Assembly: GCA_965112735.1 (NCBI GenBank)
Contig: OZ218960.1
Location: forward strand, 2,790,001-2,854,000
Source: Phaeosaccion multiseriatum
Lineage: Eukaryota > Protista > Ochrophyta, other classes
Reading direction: 5' to 3'
Length of the DNA: 64,000 bases
Shown: positions 14,139-27,177 of the stretch, piece by piece
Layout of the letters: each line of letters starts with the position of its first letter
Position numbering within the stretch: position 1 is the stretch's first letter
Translations under genes and position numbers: made by a program
The notes under the pieces: generated by a model
What the model was told of the DNA's origin: nothing
The model's database searches: none
What the model saw: only the letters and a program-made list of their open reading frames with translations

Positions 14139-14561
14139 TCAAAAGTGACGCAAGGTGCGCCCACACCGCGGGCCCAACACCACCGACTTACCATCTGCAG
14201 GTGCCCCTGCTGCCACAGTAGCGGCGCCTCCGCCGCGAACACTGCCGAAATGCCGCCGCCCTCCTGCTCCTGCTGCTGCTGATACCCAGGGAATATCAAG
14301 GCCTTTCCCGTACAGCGGTCCGAGCATGCTTTTACTGCTACCGATTCTAACACTCCCAGTGCTGGTGCTGCTGCTACCAATGCCCAGTGGCCCTGAATAC
14401 TCTAGTGAGGGCAGCGGTGCTGGCGAGGACGACGAGCAAGTATGGTAGCCCTGTCTTTGTTTGTGCTTTGCGTTCTTTTTGCACAGCACAAACACCTTTC
14501 TGCCCCTCCTCACAATGAAGCAGGCGCTGCAAATCTTTCGCAGTGCGCTTCGGACCTTCAT
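14139..14561 (-). CDS. rpl36: Organellar (probably mitochondrial) ribosomal protein bL36 with C-terminal extension
   Basis: ATG at 14561. [38 protein letters not shown] is the bL36 zinc-ribbon core, followed by about 100 aa of low-complexity extension. Confidence 0.92.
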   Translation of the reverse strand: MKVRSALRKICSACFIVRRGRKVFVLCKKNAKHKQRQGYHTCSSSSPAPLPSLEYSGPLGIGSSSTSTGSVRIGSSKSMLGPLYGKGLDIPWVSAAAGAGGRRHFGSVRGGGAATVAAGAPADGKSVVLGPRCGRTLRHF

Positions 14562-14865
14562 AGTCCTCCGTGATCCGTGGAGAGAGGGAAAGAGAAGTGA
14601 GGAGGGGAATCGAGGAGTAAGAATCGGAGGTCATAAAGTCGAAGGCATCGATTTCATTGACATACAATGTCATTTTTTTCCTTTCCTTCCAACTCCCTTC
14701 CCCTACAAGGGAGAAGGACGGTCCGCACAACACAATATATCAACAACAACAGTAGCAGAAGAAGCAGCAACAGTAGAAGCAGAAGCAGAAGAAGACGCAG
14801 AAGCAGAAGCAGAAGCAGCAGCAGCAGCAGCAGCAGCAGGAGGAAGAGGTGAAGGGCACAGGACG

Positions 14866-15414
14866 ATGGCCCCATCAGGGTCTGACTTGGAGGCTGTCCC
14901 CAACTCAACCCCCCACACCGAGGACGATTCCTGGGAGGAGGAGATGCTTCAGGATGGCGCTCAGCGCTGCATGGACAAGTTCAAGGCCAAGATGAAGACG
15001 ACCAGACTGAGCCAGGCGGAGAGAGCGCTCGTCAGCTCGGAGGGGCCTGAGGTCGAGGAAGCGTTCTACGCGGCATGCCTGTGCTATGCAAACGACGACA
15101 TCAAGTACGTGCTTTCGTGCTGTGGTTGAGAGCTGTAATCTCCGGTACCGGTCCTCCTTGCAGTCCACTCACCACGCTGATCGGTTCGACATGTATGTGC
15201 TCCCCTCTCTCCCTCCCTCTGGTCGATTCTCTCTCGACCTAAATGAAACAGGAAAGCGGCGGCAGTGGCCTCGAGGTTCTTAAAACTTCGCGTACACAAC
15301 AACTGGCCTATGCGTATACGAGGGGGAATCGACGACGGGCCTGCTGCAGCTGCATCTCTTTGCCCACTTGCCGAGGGCAAGGCGGCACTGTCCCCACGAG
15401 CAGCAGCAGGCGAT

Positions 15415-15448
<34 letters not shown>

Positions 15449-16167
15449 GAGGAGGAGGTATGAGCCCGAGTAAGATGCGCTCCCTCCTTCTCTCCGGCGT
15501 GCATCACGTCCTCCCTCACCGCGACTCTCTGGGGAGAAGGGTGCTGCTCTTCAACCCAGCAAGGATTGACACGACCAAAGGCCAAAAGCCCGAGGACTAC
15601 CACCAGATGCTGTCCTTCATTCTGGAACGTCTCATCGACGAACAGTACACGCGCAGGGCTGGGGTTGCTCTGGTCGTGGACTGTAGAGACGTGGGGGTGG
15701 GACTGGTCAGGACGTTTGGGCTCTCAGACTACCGCCGGGCGGTGGGGCTACTGAGCTCGAGCTTCCCCATCAAGTGCAAGCAGATTTTGCTCTATGAGTC
15801 ACATAGAGCTGTGAAGATTGCGCTGAGGATCGTATTACCGCTCCTGGGCCGCAAGATGAGAGAGAGGATCCAAAGCGTGTCGGGCAAATTATGGGAGGAG
15901 GAGGATGGGAATGGGGGGCAGGAAGAGGAGGGGGATGAGGAGAAGGAGGGAGAGGAGGAGGAAGAGGATGAGGGAGGGCTTAGCGACAGAAGCGACGTGA
16001 GTGATGTGAGCTCTGTCGTGAGCTCCGTCGTGAGCGAGGCGGAAGCAGAGCAGGTCAGCAACCGGCTGCTTTCGCTGGATCGGGACCGTGTGCCGGTAGA
16101 GCTCGGAGGAGAGTGGGAGGGGCTGCAGGAGAGCTGGCGACGCTGGGTGGACGACCACTGCCTGTAG
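14866..16167 (+). CDS. CRAL-TRIO/Sec14-like lipid-binding protein
   Basis: Last exon 15252-16167 has HVLPHRDSLGRRVLLF, GVALVVDCRDV, LLSSSFPIKCKQI, LLGRKMRERI and VPVELGG, typical of CRAL-TRIO. The upstream exons (14866 to about 15108, and 15164-15192) are less certain. Confidence 0.82.
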
Positions 16168-17013
16168 GTAGTTGGGGCGTGTGTGCACTGAGCATTGTGA
16201 CACAGTTTCAGTTTTGTACTTGTGCATGCCGCGCCCTGTCTCGGGCGGGTGTGTGTGGGGTGGAGAGGGGAGGGGAGGGGAGGGGAGCGGAGGGACAGGG
16301 GAAAGGGGGAGGTTAATTTTGCCATTTTTGTCGTTTTTCGCCGGCCCTACATGTATGGGGTTTCTGTACTGTGCTGCAGTACAATCAATCAATGGTGAGG
16401 GACCGACACTGGACACGGTGGAGGGGATGACAATCCCCATGTATGTAGCCAGCATGTGTGTAAAAAGAGAGGAACGCCTTTTTTTTTTTAAAAGACAAGA
16501 ATTTATATCTATTGTCCCACCTCCACCACTACGGATGCACATGAGCAAGAAGCAAGGCTGTGGAGGTGTGAAGGGAGATTTTGTTGGCTTAGAAGTCTGG
16601 CAAATAGAGTCGCCCGAAATCAAGACAATGGACGATGAGAAAGCAAGAACCTCCCGACTTTGTCCCCCTCATCCAAGAGCACTCTTACACCAAGTCAAAA
16701 GCGCCTAACAGCCTCACCACCTTGCACAACAAAGGCCAAATGTGATTATGTTGTCGGGGCATTGTTGCCCAGCGTCTCGGGTAGTTTGAGTTTCAGGTGT
16801 AAGATTCACATATGTCAATGGTAGGATTTTGGATTTGGTTCCTTTTGTTTTATAGCACATAGCACCTATCCCTCTCGACCACGCTATCCCCAACCAAAAC
16901 CTCATAGGCGAAGAGCTTGTTACTTTGCATCCGCAAGGGCAAGAGCGGCATCAGGGGAAAGGGAGAGACAACGCGAACAGCGACAGAGAACTTGACGCAT
17001 TTTGCCTCTCACG

Positions 17014-19434
17014 ATGAGCGAGCCTCAAGCAAAGAAGATGAAGACGGATGGGTCGCAGTACGATGCATTGTCCAAGCACACGGTCATCGTGGCCGACACA
17101 GGAGACTTCAACTCATTGAAAGAGTAAGTCGCAGGAGAGCTTGACGAAGTTTGGTTTGGGCGGGAAGAAGGCAGAGGCAGAGCGGAGGGTAGCACATCTC
17201 ACACGCTCCCTATGCCATTCTTTGCGGGTGGTTCCTTCAGTAGGGGTGTGCCGCTCTAGGCGGAATCGGGGCATTACTCGGGTGTGGTCTCCCCCAACTC
17301 TGCTCCAATCAGGGCTGCTCTATTTACTTGGCTCCACCGCCATACCGTATCTTATCTTACCGACCGATGCCTATCGCACCGAGGGCTACCCCCCCCGCCC
17401 ACAGTCGACTACATGTATACATGGGAGCGCGGTCACCAATCTTCGCGCATGCGTGATGGCCATGCCGTGCCCCGCCTCGGCCTCGTGTGACAAACAATTC
17501 TGGCCTCTCACTCCGTTGTCCCCCCCCCCTCCCACCCCCCCCGTCTTTATCTCTATCGATGTCCCTCTCCTGCTTTGTCTATCCCCATCTTCCCCTTTTG
17601 TCTCTCGTTCTCCATATACCTTCCCTCCTCTCTCTTTTTCTCTCTCTCATCCTCCTCCTCCACCACCACCACCACCTGCCCCCCCCCCCCCATCCCTTTC
17701 TCACAGGTTCATGCCCACCGACGCCACCACCAACCCTTCCCTCATCTTCAAAGCCGCTCAGATGGAGGAATACGCCCCCCTCGTTGAAGACGGTGTCAAG
17801 TACGCCATGGAGAAGATCTCGGGCCCTGATGCCCCCCTGGAGGCCCAGTTAGAGCTAGCCATGGACAAGATTGCCGTGAACTTTGGGGCGGAGATTACAA
17901 AGATTGTCCCTGGTTATGTGTCCACGGAGGTTGATGCGAGACTCAGCTTCGATACGGAGGTGAGGAGGGGAGAGGAGGGATGGCGGGAGGGGGAGGGAGG
18001 GAGCGGGTTGAGTGAGGGAGGGGGGTGGGAAGGGAGGGAGGGAGAGAGAGAGGGAGGAAGGGAGAGAGGGAGGAAGGGAGGGAGAGAGGGAAGGAAGGAG
18101 GGAGGGAGGCAGAGAGGCGTAGTGAGTGGCGGGGAAGGAGGGGGCGGGGGAAGGCCCCATAGCACTCGTCCGCCCACCCCACCATGTGCGTCACTCCACT
18201 CCACTACACTCCCTCACCCCCCTTCCTCGCCTCCTTCTCCTCCTCCTCCTCCTTCTTCTCCTCCTCCTCCTCCTCCTCCTCCTCCTCCTCCTCCTCCTCC
18301 CCCTCCTCCTCCTCCTCCCCCTCCTCCTCCTCCTCCTCCTCCTCCTCTTCCTCTCCCTCTTCTCCCCTTCTCCATACTCTTCCTCTTCCTGTCCCGCTGG
18401 TCCCATGTAAGCACAGGCCACCCTGAGCCGAGCGCGCCGCATCATCGAGCTGTACAAGGAAGTCGGGGTGGATAAGAGTCGCATCCTCATCAAAATTGCT
18501 TCCACGTGGGAGGGCATCGAGGTATGAGGAAGGGTGCGACGGAACAAGGAAGCGGAACAAGGAGGGGGAAGGGGGCACTGGAAGGGTACGCTACGCGTGA
18601 GAGGAAGAGGCGGTTGATTATATCGTGTTGGTCTCTGTTTTAATGGATGCGATCATACCATATCCTGCAACCTCATACTCATACTCTCCAAACTGTCCAA
18701 ACTGTCCAAACTCTCGAACTCTCGAAACTCGTCCCACTCCTTAGGCGTGCAAGGTGCTCCAGGCGGAGGGGGTCACTTGCAACCTCACTCTGCTCTTCAG
18801 CCTGGCCCAAGCCGTGGCCGGGGCAGAGGCGGGGGCCACGCTCATCTCGCCCTTCGTGGGGCGTATCATGGACTGGTACAAGGCGGTGAGTAACGTGTGT
18901 GTGTGTGTGTGTGTGTGTGGGGGTGGGTGGGTGCGCGCGCGCGTGAGTGAGTGAGTGCGTGTGAGTTGCGGCGTTTGCCCTTTGTCTTGGACGGGTTACG
19001 ATACACATGGAGTATGTAAGAGTATGTAAGGGGGGACGTGCGTGCGTGTGCTCGGGGGCTTGGATATGTAACCCACCGCACGGACGCACGCACGCACGCA
19101 CACACGCTGACCAGAGGGGGTGAAGCGAGCGAGTTGTGTGTTTGTGCTTGAAGCTTGTTTAAGGGCTCGGGGGATTCCGAGTGGATGAACCGCCGGGTCG
19201 TTGTCGCTGTCTGAGGGAATGGGGGGGTCGGGCTGATGGGTCCACACGGCGGGCTCTATTCTCACACCCTTTCCGTCCCATCCACTGCCATCCCATCCCC
19301 CCCCTCTCAGAACACGGGCAAAACTCACTACGAGGCGGAGGAGGACCCCGGAGTGCTGTCTGTGCGTGAGATCTACGGTTACTACAAGAAGTTCGGTTAC
19401 AAGACCGTCGTCATGGGGGCAAGCTTCAGGAACA

Positions 19435-19512
<78 letters not shown>

Positions 19513-20195
19513 CGCCTCCTCGTTGCTTGGCGTCTCTCAACCAACCAACCAACCAACCAACCAACCAAACCAACAACCAACAGGAGGAGATTCTTGCCCT
19601 GGCGGGCTGCGACAAGCTCACCATCGCCCCTGCCCTTCTCAAGGAGCTTAAAGCCTCCAAGTAAGTCATCAAGAATGATGTGACTGTGGCTTGGCTGTGG
19701 CTTGGCTGTGGCTTGACTGTGGCTTGACTGTGGCTTGACTGTGGCTTGACTGTGGCTTGACTGTGGCTTGACTGTGGCTTGACTGGACTGCAATTGAACA
19801 CCCTCTCTTTTTCCAGTGGCTACACCAGAGACAAAAGTCGGATGGGTATGGCTTAGCTTAACACACAAGGGGCCACTGGATCACACCTTCATTGACACAC
19901 ACTGCCTCGCACCCGCACTCACCCACCTACTCACCCACCTACTCACCCACCTACTCACCCACCCACCCACCCACCCAGCGACCCCTTTGCAGAGAAGCTC
20001 CGCGAGGATTTGGCGGGAGAGCTGTACCCTGGAGAGAAGCTTGCCTTCACCGAGGCGCAGTTCCGATTCGCGTTGAACGAAGATGCGATGGCCACGCACA
20101 AGCTTGCGGAGGGGATTCGGGGCTTCGCTGCGGATATTGTTAAGCTTGAGAAGACCGTGGAGGAGAAGCTCTTGGCGTTAAGGAACAAGAAGTAG
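17014..20195 (+). CDS. TAL: Transaldolase
   Basis: Motifs [100 protein letters not shown]. Exons 17014-17123, 17707-17959, 18417-18521, 18745-18885, 19311-19436, 19584-19660, 19979-20195. Confidence 0.97.
19681..19783. repeat. 11-bp tandem repeat CTGTGGCTTGA, about 9 copies (transaldolase intron)
   Basis: Visible tandem array. A similar unit, CTGTTGGCTGA, repeats at about 26827-26880. Confidence 0.9.
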
Positions 20196-20860
20196 AGAGG
20201 GGAGGAGAAGCTTTGTGGAACAGCGAGGTACAAGAAGTAGAGTGAGGGGAGAGCTGAGGGAGGGATGGAGGGAGGGAGGGGGCGAGGGGGGCCCACTAGG
20301 CCTCCTCGCAGCGGGCAGCGTGGAGGAGGAAGAAGTGAGGAGAAAGGGGGAGCAGGAAGGGAGGAGAGGAGGAATGCAGGGTTGTTTCTGCGTGAGGAGG
20401 AGGGGGGAGGGGGAGGGAGGGGTTGGCTCCTCTATCGATCCTCTAAGCATCTTCTCTTCCCCATCTAGCTCCCAACCGAGGCCGGGCTGACGGGGTGGTT
20501 GCGGAAAGAGGAAAGAAAAATATTAAAATTTGAATTTCAGTGATTAGAAGCGTCCCGCCTTCGGAATACAAACGTTACACTTTCTTTTTCTTCCCTCCTG
20601 ACCTTGGAACACTGCAATCCAGGAGTTTAGACAAAGAGCAGAAGGAGCAAAAGGAGGCGTGGTAAGCTATTGGACGCTGGTGGCTTCTCCAACGTTGCTT
20701 AGTGAGCTTAACTACGGCTCTCAGGGGAAGAAGATGCCGATAGAAGGACCCACTTAGGGAAAGAAGGCACTTAGATAAAGAAGGGGAGAGGGAAGCAGAA
20801 GGGCACGTACCGCAGAGATCTTTGCTGAGCACTTTCCCAAGATCCCCGCGCACCCTGGCC

Positions 20861-23800
20861 ATGCGACAGACACAAAGCATGGAGCCGCCAATATCGCGCA
20901 GCGCCAGGGAAGAGAGAAGATCAACTGGCGAACGCATCGAAGGAAGAACCGCAAAGGAGGATGGTGCCGACAAGGAGTTTCGCTACCTCACGGAGGGCAA
21001 GTACAGCAGCCCCGTCCATGTAGCCACAATAAACCGTGGTGATATGATCAGGGACAAGATGAAGGCAGGAGCAAAGGGACACTGCAGGAGCAACAGCATC
21101 GGGGTGGGCTGCAGTTCCGACACGTATGGCAGGATCGACAGCGACAAGTATCGCAGGAGCTGCAGCCTGGGCACTGCACCAAGCAGTAGCCTGATCTCAC
21201 CCGCAGTACGAATCAAGAAGATGTTTCGGGTGAGTGAACGAGTGGGAGGGGTTGGGGGGGTGAGAGAAGGAGGGGATACTTTATTGACTTAATAGGAATC
21301 ACCTAAGAAACTGAAAGTGAGAGAAGGAGGGGATGGGCGAGCGAGAGAAGGAGGAGGTGGGGGAGCGAGAGAAGGAGGGGGTGAGGGAGTGAGCGAGGGA
21401 ATCAGAGAGTGGGGGAGTGAGTGAGATGTGACGGAGTAGGACTTGACCCTCCCTCTCGTTTCGTGGGAGTATCAAGCAATAAGACACACAAGTGGAGAGA
21501 GAGTTGCAACAGCCGTAGCTCAGTCTCTCGTCCTCCTCGTCCCCTGTCATGCTAATTTTGTTTGGAAAGCTCCTCACTGTCTGTGCACCTTTTGTCTGTC
21601 TATCTGTCTGTCTGTCTGTCTATTCTTGTTGCCCCCCCCCCCCCCCTCTGTCTCTCCCTCTCAGTCCATACTCAGTAGTGTGCAGGGAGGCAAGCGACAC
21701 CGGAAGCTAATCCCTCCCCTCGACCCTGTAGAAGCTGGCTACGGCATCCGAGTGGATAGAGTGTTCAGACACATGCTCAGCTTCCAGGACGGACTACGGG
21801 TGGGAAAATGGCCGCAGCCGGATGGAGACCTCGCTGCTTCGAATCTTCACCTCGGGCTAATGCTCATGAGACTTCACGTGAGTGAGGAAGCGGGTCAGGA
21901 AGGAGGGATGAGTGAGGGAGTGAGGGAGTGAGGGAGTGAGGGAGTCAGTGAGTGAGTGCGGGTGAGAGTCAGTGAGTGAGTGAGTGAGTGAGTGGGGGTA
22001 GGAGTGAGGGAGTGAGTGGTGGGCGTGGGAATGAGTGAGTGAGTGGGGGGTAGGACTGAGTGAGTCACATCTTCCTCTCCCTCTCCCCCGCTCCCTCCCT
22101 CTCCTCCTCCCTCCCTATCCGCACCTACTCCACCTCGTCCATCCATCCACCCACCCACCCACCCACCCACTCCCTCTCCAACCCCCCTCCCCTTCCCTCA
22201 GAAATGGCCTGCCCAGCCCCGACCGGGCCACACTCCAGTACTTCCCTTCAGATACAGTCACTTAGCCATGGACTCGGCAGCAGGGCAAGGCCATATCGAG
22301 ATGATGGAGATGCTGACCTTCATTGGGCAGGGAGGGCATGGGGGGGGGGGGGAGAGGAGGGCAGGGAGGAGGGTATGGGGGAGGGCAGGCAGGCAGTTCG
22401 TCGCGGGATGTGATTCCCTGGCCGGCCTCTACGGATGCGATGGATAACGCCGCTGCTAACGGGAAGCTGCAGGCGGTCATTTGGCTGCACGAGAATAGGA
22501 CGGAAGGTACAGTACCGAAGCAGCAGGAGGCGGGGGAGGAGGGAGAGGAGGGAGAGGAGGGAGAGGAGGAAGAGGAGGAGGAGGAGCAGGAGGAGGAGGA
22601 GGAGCAGGAGGAGGAGGAGGAGCAGGAGGAGGAGGAGGAGGAGGAGGAGGAGCAGGAGGAGGAGGAGGAGCAGGGGGAGGAGGAGGAGCAGGAGGAGGAG
22701 GAGGAGCAGGAGGAGGAGGAGGAGGACCAGGAGGAGGAGGAGGAGGAGGAGGAGGAGGAGGAGGAGGAGGAGGAGGAGGAGGAGGAGGAGGAGGAGGAGG
22801 AGGAGGAGGAGGAGGAGGAGGAGGAGGAGGAGGAGCAGGAGGAGGAGGCAACCGCTTCAGAGTGTGCCTCTCAGCCCCGTGTATGCGCCTCTATCTCTTC
22901 CTCTCTCAGGGGCGACCAAGACCGCACTCGATTCCGCAGCGACAAACGGACACCTTAGCGTGGTGGAGTTCTTACACCATAACCGCTTCGAGGGGGCCTC
23001 CAGGCTCGCCATGGACGGGGCAGGTAAGTGTGTGCGAGTGTGTGCGTGCGTGTGTGTGTGTGCGTGTGTGTGCGCGTGCGTTATTGGCGTGAGTGATTGC
23101 GTGCGCGAGTATAGGCGGCGGTCGAAGTGAAACGGCCGGCAGTGGGCCGTGAATCACTCAGTCACGTAGTCAGTCATCAGAGGAGGGGCAAGGAGGGTGG
23201 AGGGAGCGGACACACCTGACTGACCTACCCGCCACTCAAGCTGCTGGAGCGAGAGAGCTGCAGCAGGAATCATCCCGTTGTACCCTCGGTGCCCCCTCTC
23301 ACCACTCCCCTCCCCTCCCCTCCAACCCCCTCCATCCTCCTGCCCCCCACCTCCTCGCCCCCTCCCTTCGCAGCCAAGAACGGCCACTTGGACGTTGTAC
23401 AATGGCTGCACGAGCACGATTACGAGTGCACAGTGGCAGCTATGGACAGAGCGGCAGAGAACAATCAGCTAGAGGTGCGCCGTCCTCCTCATGGGTTGGG
23501 TGAGCTGGGTTGGGTTGGGTTGGGTTGGGTTGGGTTGGGTTGGGTTGGGACGGTAGCCGACGTGCCGTCTGTGTTGGCGTCTTCGCTCGCTTGAGACGTT
23601 GCTTCCTTGTGAGGAGTGTCCGGTGTGTGTCTCTCCAAAGGGAATCATTCCTGATGGTCAGCCTTTTCCTCCCTCCCTCTCCCTTTCCCTCCCTCCCTCC
23701 CTCCCTCCCCCCAGGTCGTTATGTGGCTTCACGCGAACCGGACAGAGGGCTGCACCCAAAAGGCTGTCCGCGCCGCCGCTGAGAAAGGCTTCATTGACAT

Positions 23801-26800
23801 GCTTCAGTTCCTGTACACCAACACTGAATTTCGGTGCTCGACATACAGTTTCGACAAAGCGGCCCAGGGGGGTCACTTGGAAGTGGTGCGCTTCCTCCAC
23901 CGGACGGGATCTGTGAGTCCATCTCGCAACGCTTACGACTGGGCCGCCGCCTTCGGACAGCTAGAAACCGTCAAGGTAGGTGGGAGGGAGAGCTCAGCTC
24001 ACACTCATGAACCCTTCAGTTTCAGTTCATTCATCCTGCCCATCCATATGTCTCTCATCTCCATGCCTCTGCTCCTCCGTGCCTACCCATATGCCTGCCT
24101 GTTTCAGTGGCTCGCCTCGCACCGATCGGAAGGGGGCACGAGGGATGCATTTGACTTTGCAGCGGCGAACAACCACCTCGAGACTTGCAAATGGCTGCAC
24201 GAGCACCGGTCGGAAGGTGAGGAAGGGCGGAGGAGGAGGAGGAGGAGGAGGAGGAGGAGGAGGAGGAGGAGGAGGAGGAGGAGGAGGAGGAGGAGGAGAG
24301 GGAGACATCTGCCCCTCTTCCTGTCAAAACGAGACAGAACAGTGTGTCGTTGACTACACTACGCTTTGAGTCTTACGATGCAGTCAATCTTCTCATCTCC
24401 CTCCTTCCCTCCCTTCCTCCCTTCTCTCCCTTCCTTCCTCCCTCCCTCCCTCCCTCCCTGCCTCCCTCCCTCCCTCCCTCCCTCCCTCCCTCCCTCCCTC
24501 CCTCCCTCCCTCCCTCCCTCCCTCCCTCCCTCCCTCCCTCCCTCCCTCCCTCCCTCCCTCCCTCCCTCCCTCCCTCCCTCCCTCCCTCCCTCCCTCCCTC
24601 CCTCCCTCCCTCCCTCCCTCCCTCCCTCCCTCCCTCCCTCCCTCCCTCCCTCCCTCCCTCCCTCCCTCCCTCCCTCCCTCCCTCCCTCCCTCCCTCCCTC
24701 CCTCCCTCCCTCCCTCCCTCCCTCCCTCCCTTCCCTCCCTCCCTCCCTCCCTCCCTCCCTCCCTCCCTCCCTCCCTCCCTCCCTCCCTCCCTCCCTCCCT
24801 CCCTCCCTCCCTCCCTCCCTCCCTCCCTCCCTCCCTCCCTCCCTCCCTCCCTCCCTCCCTCCCTCCCTCCCTCCCTCCCTCCCTCCCTCCCTCCCTCCCT
24901 CCCTCCCTCCCTCCCTCCCTCCCTCCCTCCCTCCCTCCCTCCCTCCCTCCCTCCCTCCCTCCCTCCCTCCCTCCCTCCCTCCCTCCCTCCCTCCCTCCCT
25001 CCCTCCCTCCCTCCCTCCCTCCCTCCCTCCCTCCCTCCCTCCCTCCCTCCCTCCCTCCCTCCCTCCCTCCCTCCCTCCCTCCCTCCCTCCCTCCCTCCCT
25101 CCCTCCCTCCCTCCCTCCCTCCCTCCCTTCCCTCCCTCCCTCCCTCCCTCCCTTCCTCCCTTCTCTCCCTTCCTTCCTCCCTCCCTCCCTCCCTCCCTCC
25201 CTCCCTCCCTCCCTCCCTCCCTCCCTCCCTCCCTCCCTCCCTCCCTCCCTCCCTCCCTCCCTCCCTCCCTCCCTCCCTCCCTCCCTCCCTCCCTCCCTCC
25301 CTTCCTTCCTCCTTCCCTCCTTCCCTCCCTCCCTCCCTTCCTCCCTTCTCTCCCTTCCTTCCTCCCTCCCTCCCTCCGTCCCTCCCTCCCTCCCTCCCTC
25401 CCTCCCTCCCTCCCTCCCTCCCTCCCTCCCTCCCTCCCTCCCTCCCTCCCTCCCTCCCTCCCTCCCTCCCTCCCTCCCTCCCTCCCTCCCTCTGCAGGCG
25501 CTACTCGAAGTGCTATGAACGACGCCGCTGGTAACGGCCATACAGGGATGGTGGAATGGCTGCATAACAACAGAAAGGAGGGGTGCTCAAGGAGAGCGAT
25601 GGATGACGCCGCTGCCCACAACCATTTGGAGACAGTACGCTGGCTGCACCTCAATAGATCAGAAGGTTTGTGTGTGTATATGTGTGTGTATGTGCGGGTG
25701 GATACGTGCGTGCGTGCGTGTGTGCATTTGTGTGCATGAGAGAGCGAGAGGAGAGAGGGAGGGAGGGAGAGAGAGCGTGAGATGGAGCAAGTGAGCGAGA
25801 GAGAGAGTGTTGAGGGGTCCTCTCCCTCTCCCCTTCCCCCCTTCCTCCCTACGCCCACACCCCTCACCACCGCTCATTCACTGACTTCCTGCCGTGCCAC
25901 AGGCTGCAGCAACCTGGCCATGGAGGGAGCCGCCAAACACGGGCATATGGACATGGTGCGACTTCTCGCTGCATACGGAAAAGTGTGCACCTCCACTGCC
26001 ATCCACCTGGCGGAGCTGCACAAGTTCGAAAACATCAAAAGCTTCCTATTGGCACGCTACCCGGAGAAGGTGAGGGAGAAGGAAGGAAGGGAGGGAGGGA
26101 AGGAGGGAGGGAGGGAGGGAAGGAGGGAGGGAGGGAGGGAGGGAAGAAGAAAGGGAGGGAGGGAGGGAGGGAAGGAGGGAAGGGGGGAGGGAGGGAGGGA
26201 GGGAGGGAGGGAGGAACGAAGGGAGGGAAGGAGGGAGGGAGGGAGGGAGGGAGGGAGGGAGGGAGGGAGGGAGGGAGGGAGGGAGGGAGGGAGGGAGGGA
26301 GGGAGGGAGGGAGGGAGGGAGGGAGGGAGGGAGAGAGAGAGCGAGGGAGGGAGGGAGGGAGGGAGGGAGGGAGGGAGGGAGGGAGGGAGGGAGGGAGGGA
26401 GGGAGGGAGGGAGGGAGGGAGGGAGGGAGGGAGGGAGGGAGGGAGGGAGGGAGGGAGGGAGGGAGGGAGGGAGGGAGGGAGGGAGGGAGGGAGGGAGGGA
26501 GGGAGGGAGGGAGGGAGGGAGGGAGGTGCGTTCCCAGTTGCCGTCTCAGGGGACTCACCCCACACACAAACGTAAACTCGAATTCTCAGGTTGTGTCCTT
26601 TAAGCCAATAACCCCCCACCCGTTCCCGCCCCCACTCTCCCTTGGGAATCACAGATCCGGGCAAACAAGTACCGCAACGGCTCTGACCCGGTCCTACGCG
26701 AGGAGGAGGACATGGTGAACCAGAACCGCATGGGAGAGTATTATTTGCAGAGGGAGAGGACAAAGAGACGCAACAGCATTGTGAACGGAACCGCTACGGA

Positions 26801-27177
26801 CATGGCCAAGCAGGTAGGCGGGGGGACTGTTGGCTGACTGTTGGCTGACTGTTGGCTGACTGTTGGCTGACTCTTGGTTGACTGTGGGATGCCTATTGGG
26901 GGGCTGATAGGTGACTGCTACCTCCCTCCTCTCTTCTCTCTCTCTCCCTCTCTCTCTCGCCCCCTCCTTTGTCTCTCTTTCCCTCTCTCTCCACTCATCC
27001 ACTCTCTCCACTCTCTCCTTTCTTGTCTCCTCCTTCTCCTCCCCCTCCTCCCAGCGTGTGGAGAAGACCCCCCTACCCTCCCCCGGCGCCGGTGGACCGC
27101 ACTCTCGCAAGCCCTCCACAGACTTCGTGGATGGAAAGCCCGTGCTGAGAATACTCACGGTGGGCATTGTGGGCTGA
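20861..27177 (+). CDS. Ankyrin-repeat protein (AMDxAAxNGHLxVVxWLHxNRxEG type)
   Basis: About 12 repeats, e.g. [24 protein letters not shown] and [24 protein letters not shown]. Exons 20861-21229, 21665-21877, 22202-22506, 22910-23023, 23374-23474, 23715-23975, 24108-24216, 25498-25665, 25903-26069, 26655-26813, 27055-27177. One frameshift at the G13 run 22340-22352 is needed. The start codon is uncertain. Confidence 0.88.
24397..25492. repeat. About 1.1-kb (CCCT)n microsatellite in an ankyrin-gene intron
   Basis: Near-pure CCCT tract ending at the acceptor 25497. A complementary (AGGG)n tract lies at about 26090-26525. Confidence 0.97.

Noticed and set aside
22340-22352. Frameshift in the ankyrin exon, as programmed frameshifting or a pseudogene
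   Set aside because: It falls in a G13 homopolymer with intact repeats on both sides; a sequencing error is the simplest explanation. Check the reads.
22520-22850. Poly-Glu insertion in the ankyrin protein
   Set aside because: It lies inside the GT-AG intron 22507-22909, whose removal restores the repeat.
24344-26603. Long PSLP/GREG ORFs of up to about 500 aa
   Set aside because: Translations of intronic (CCCT)n/(AGGG)n microsatellites.
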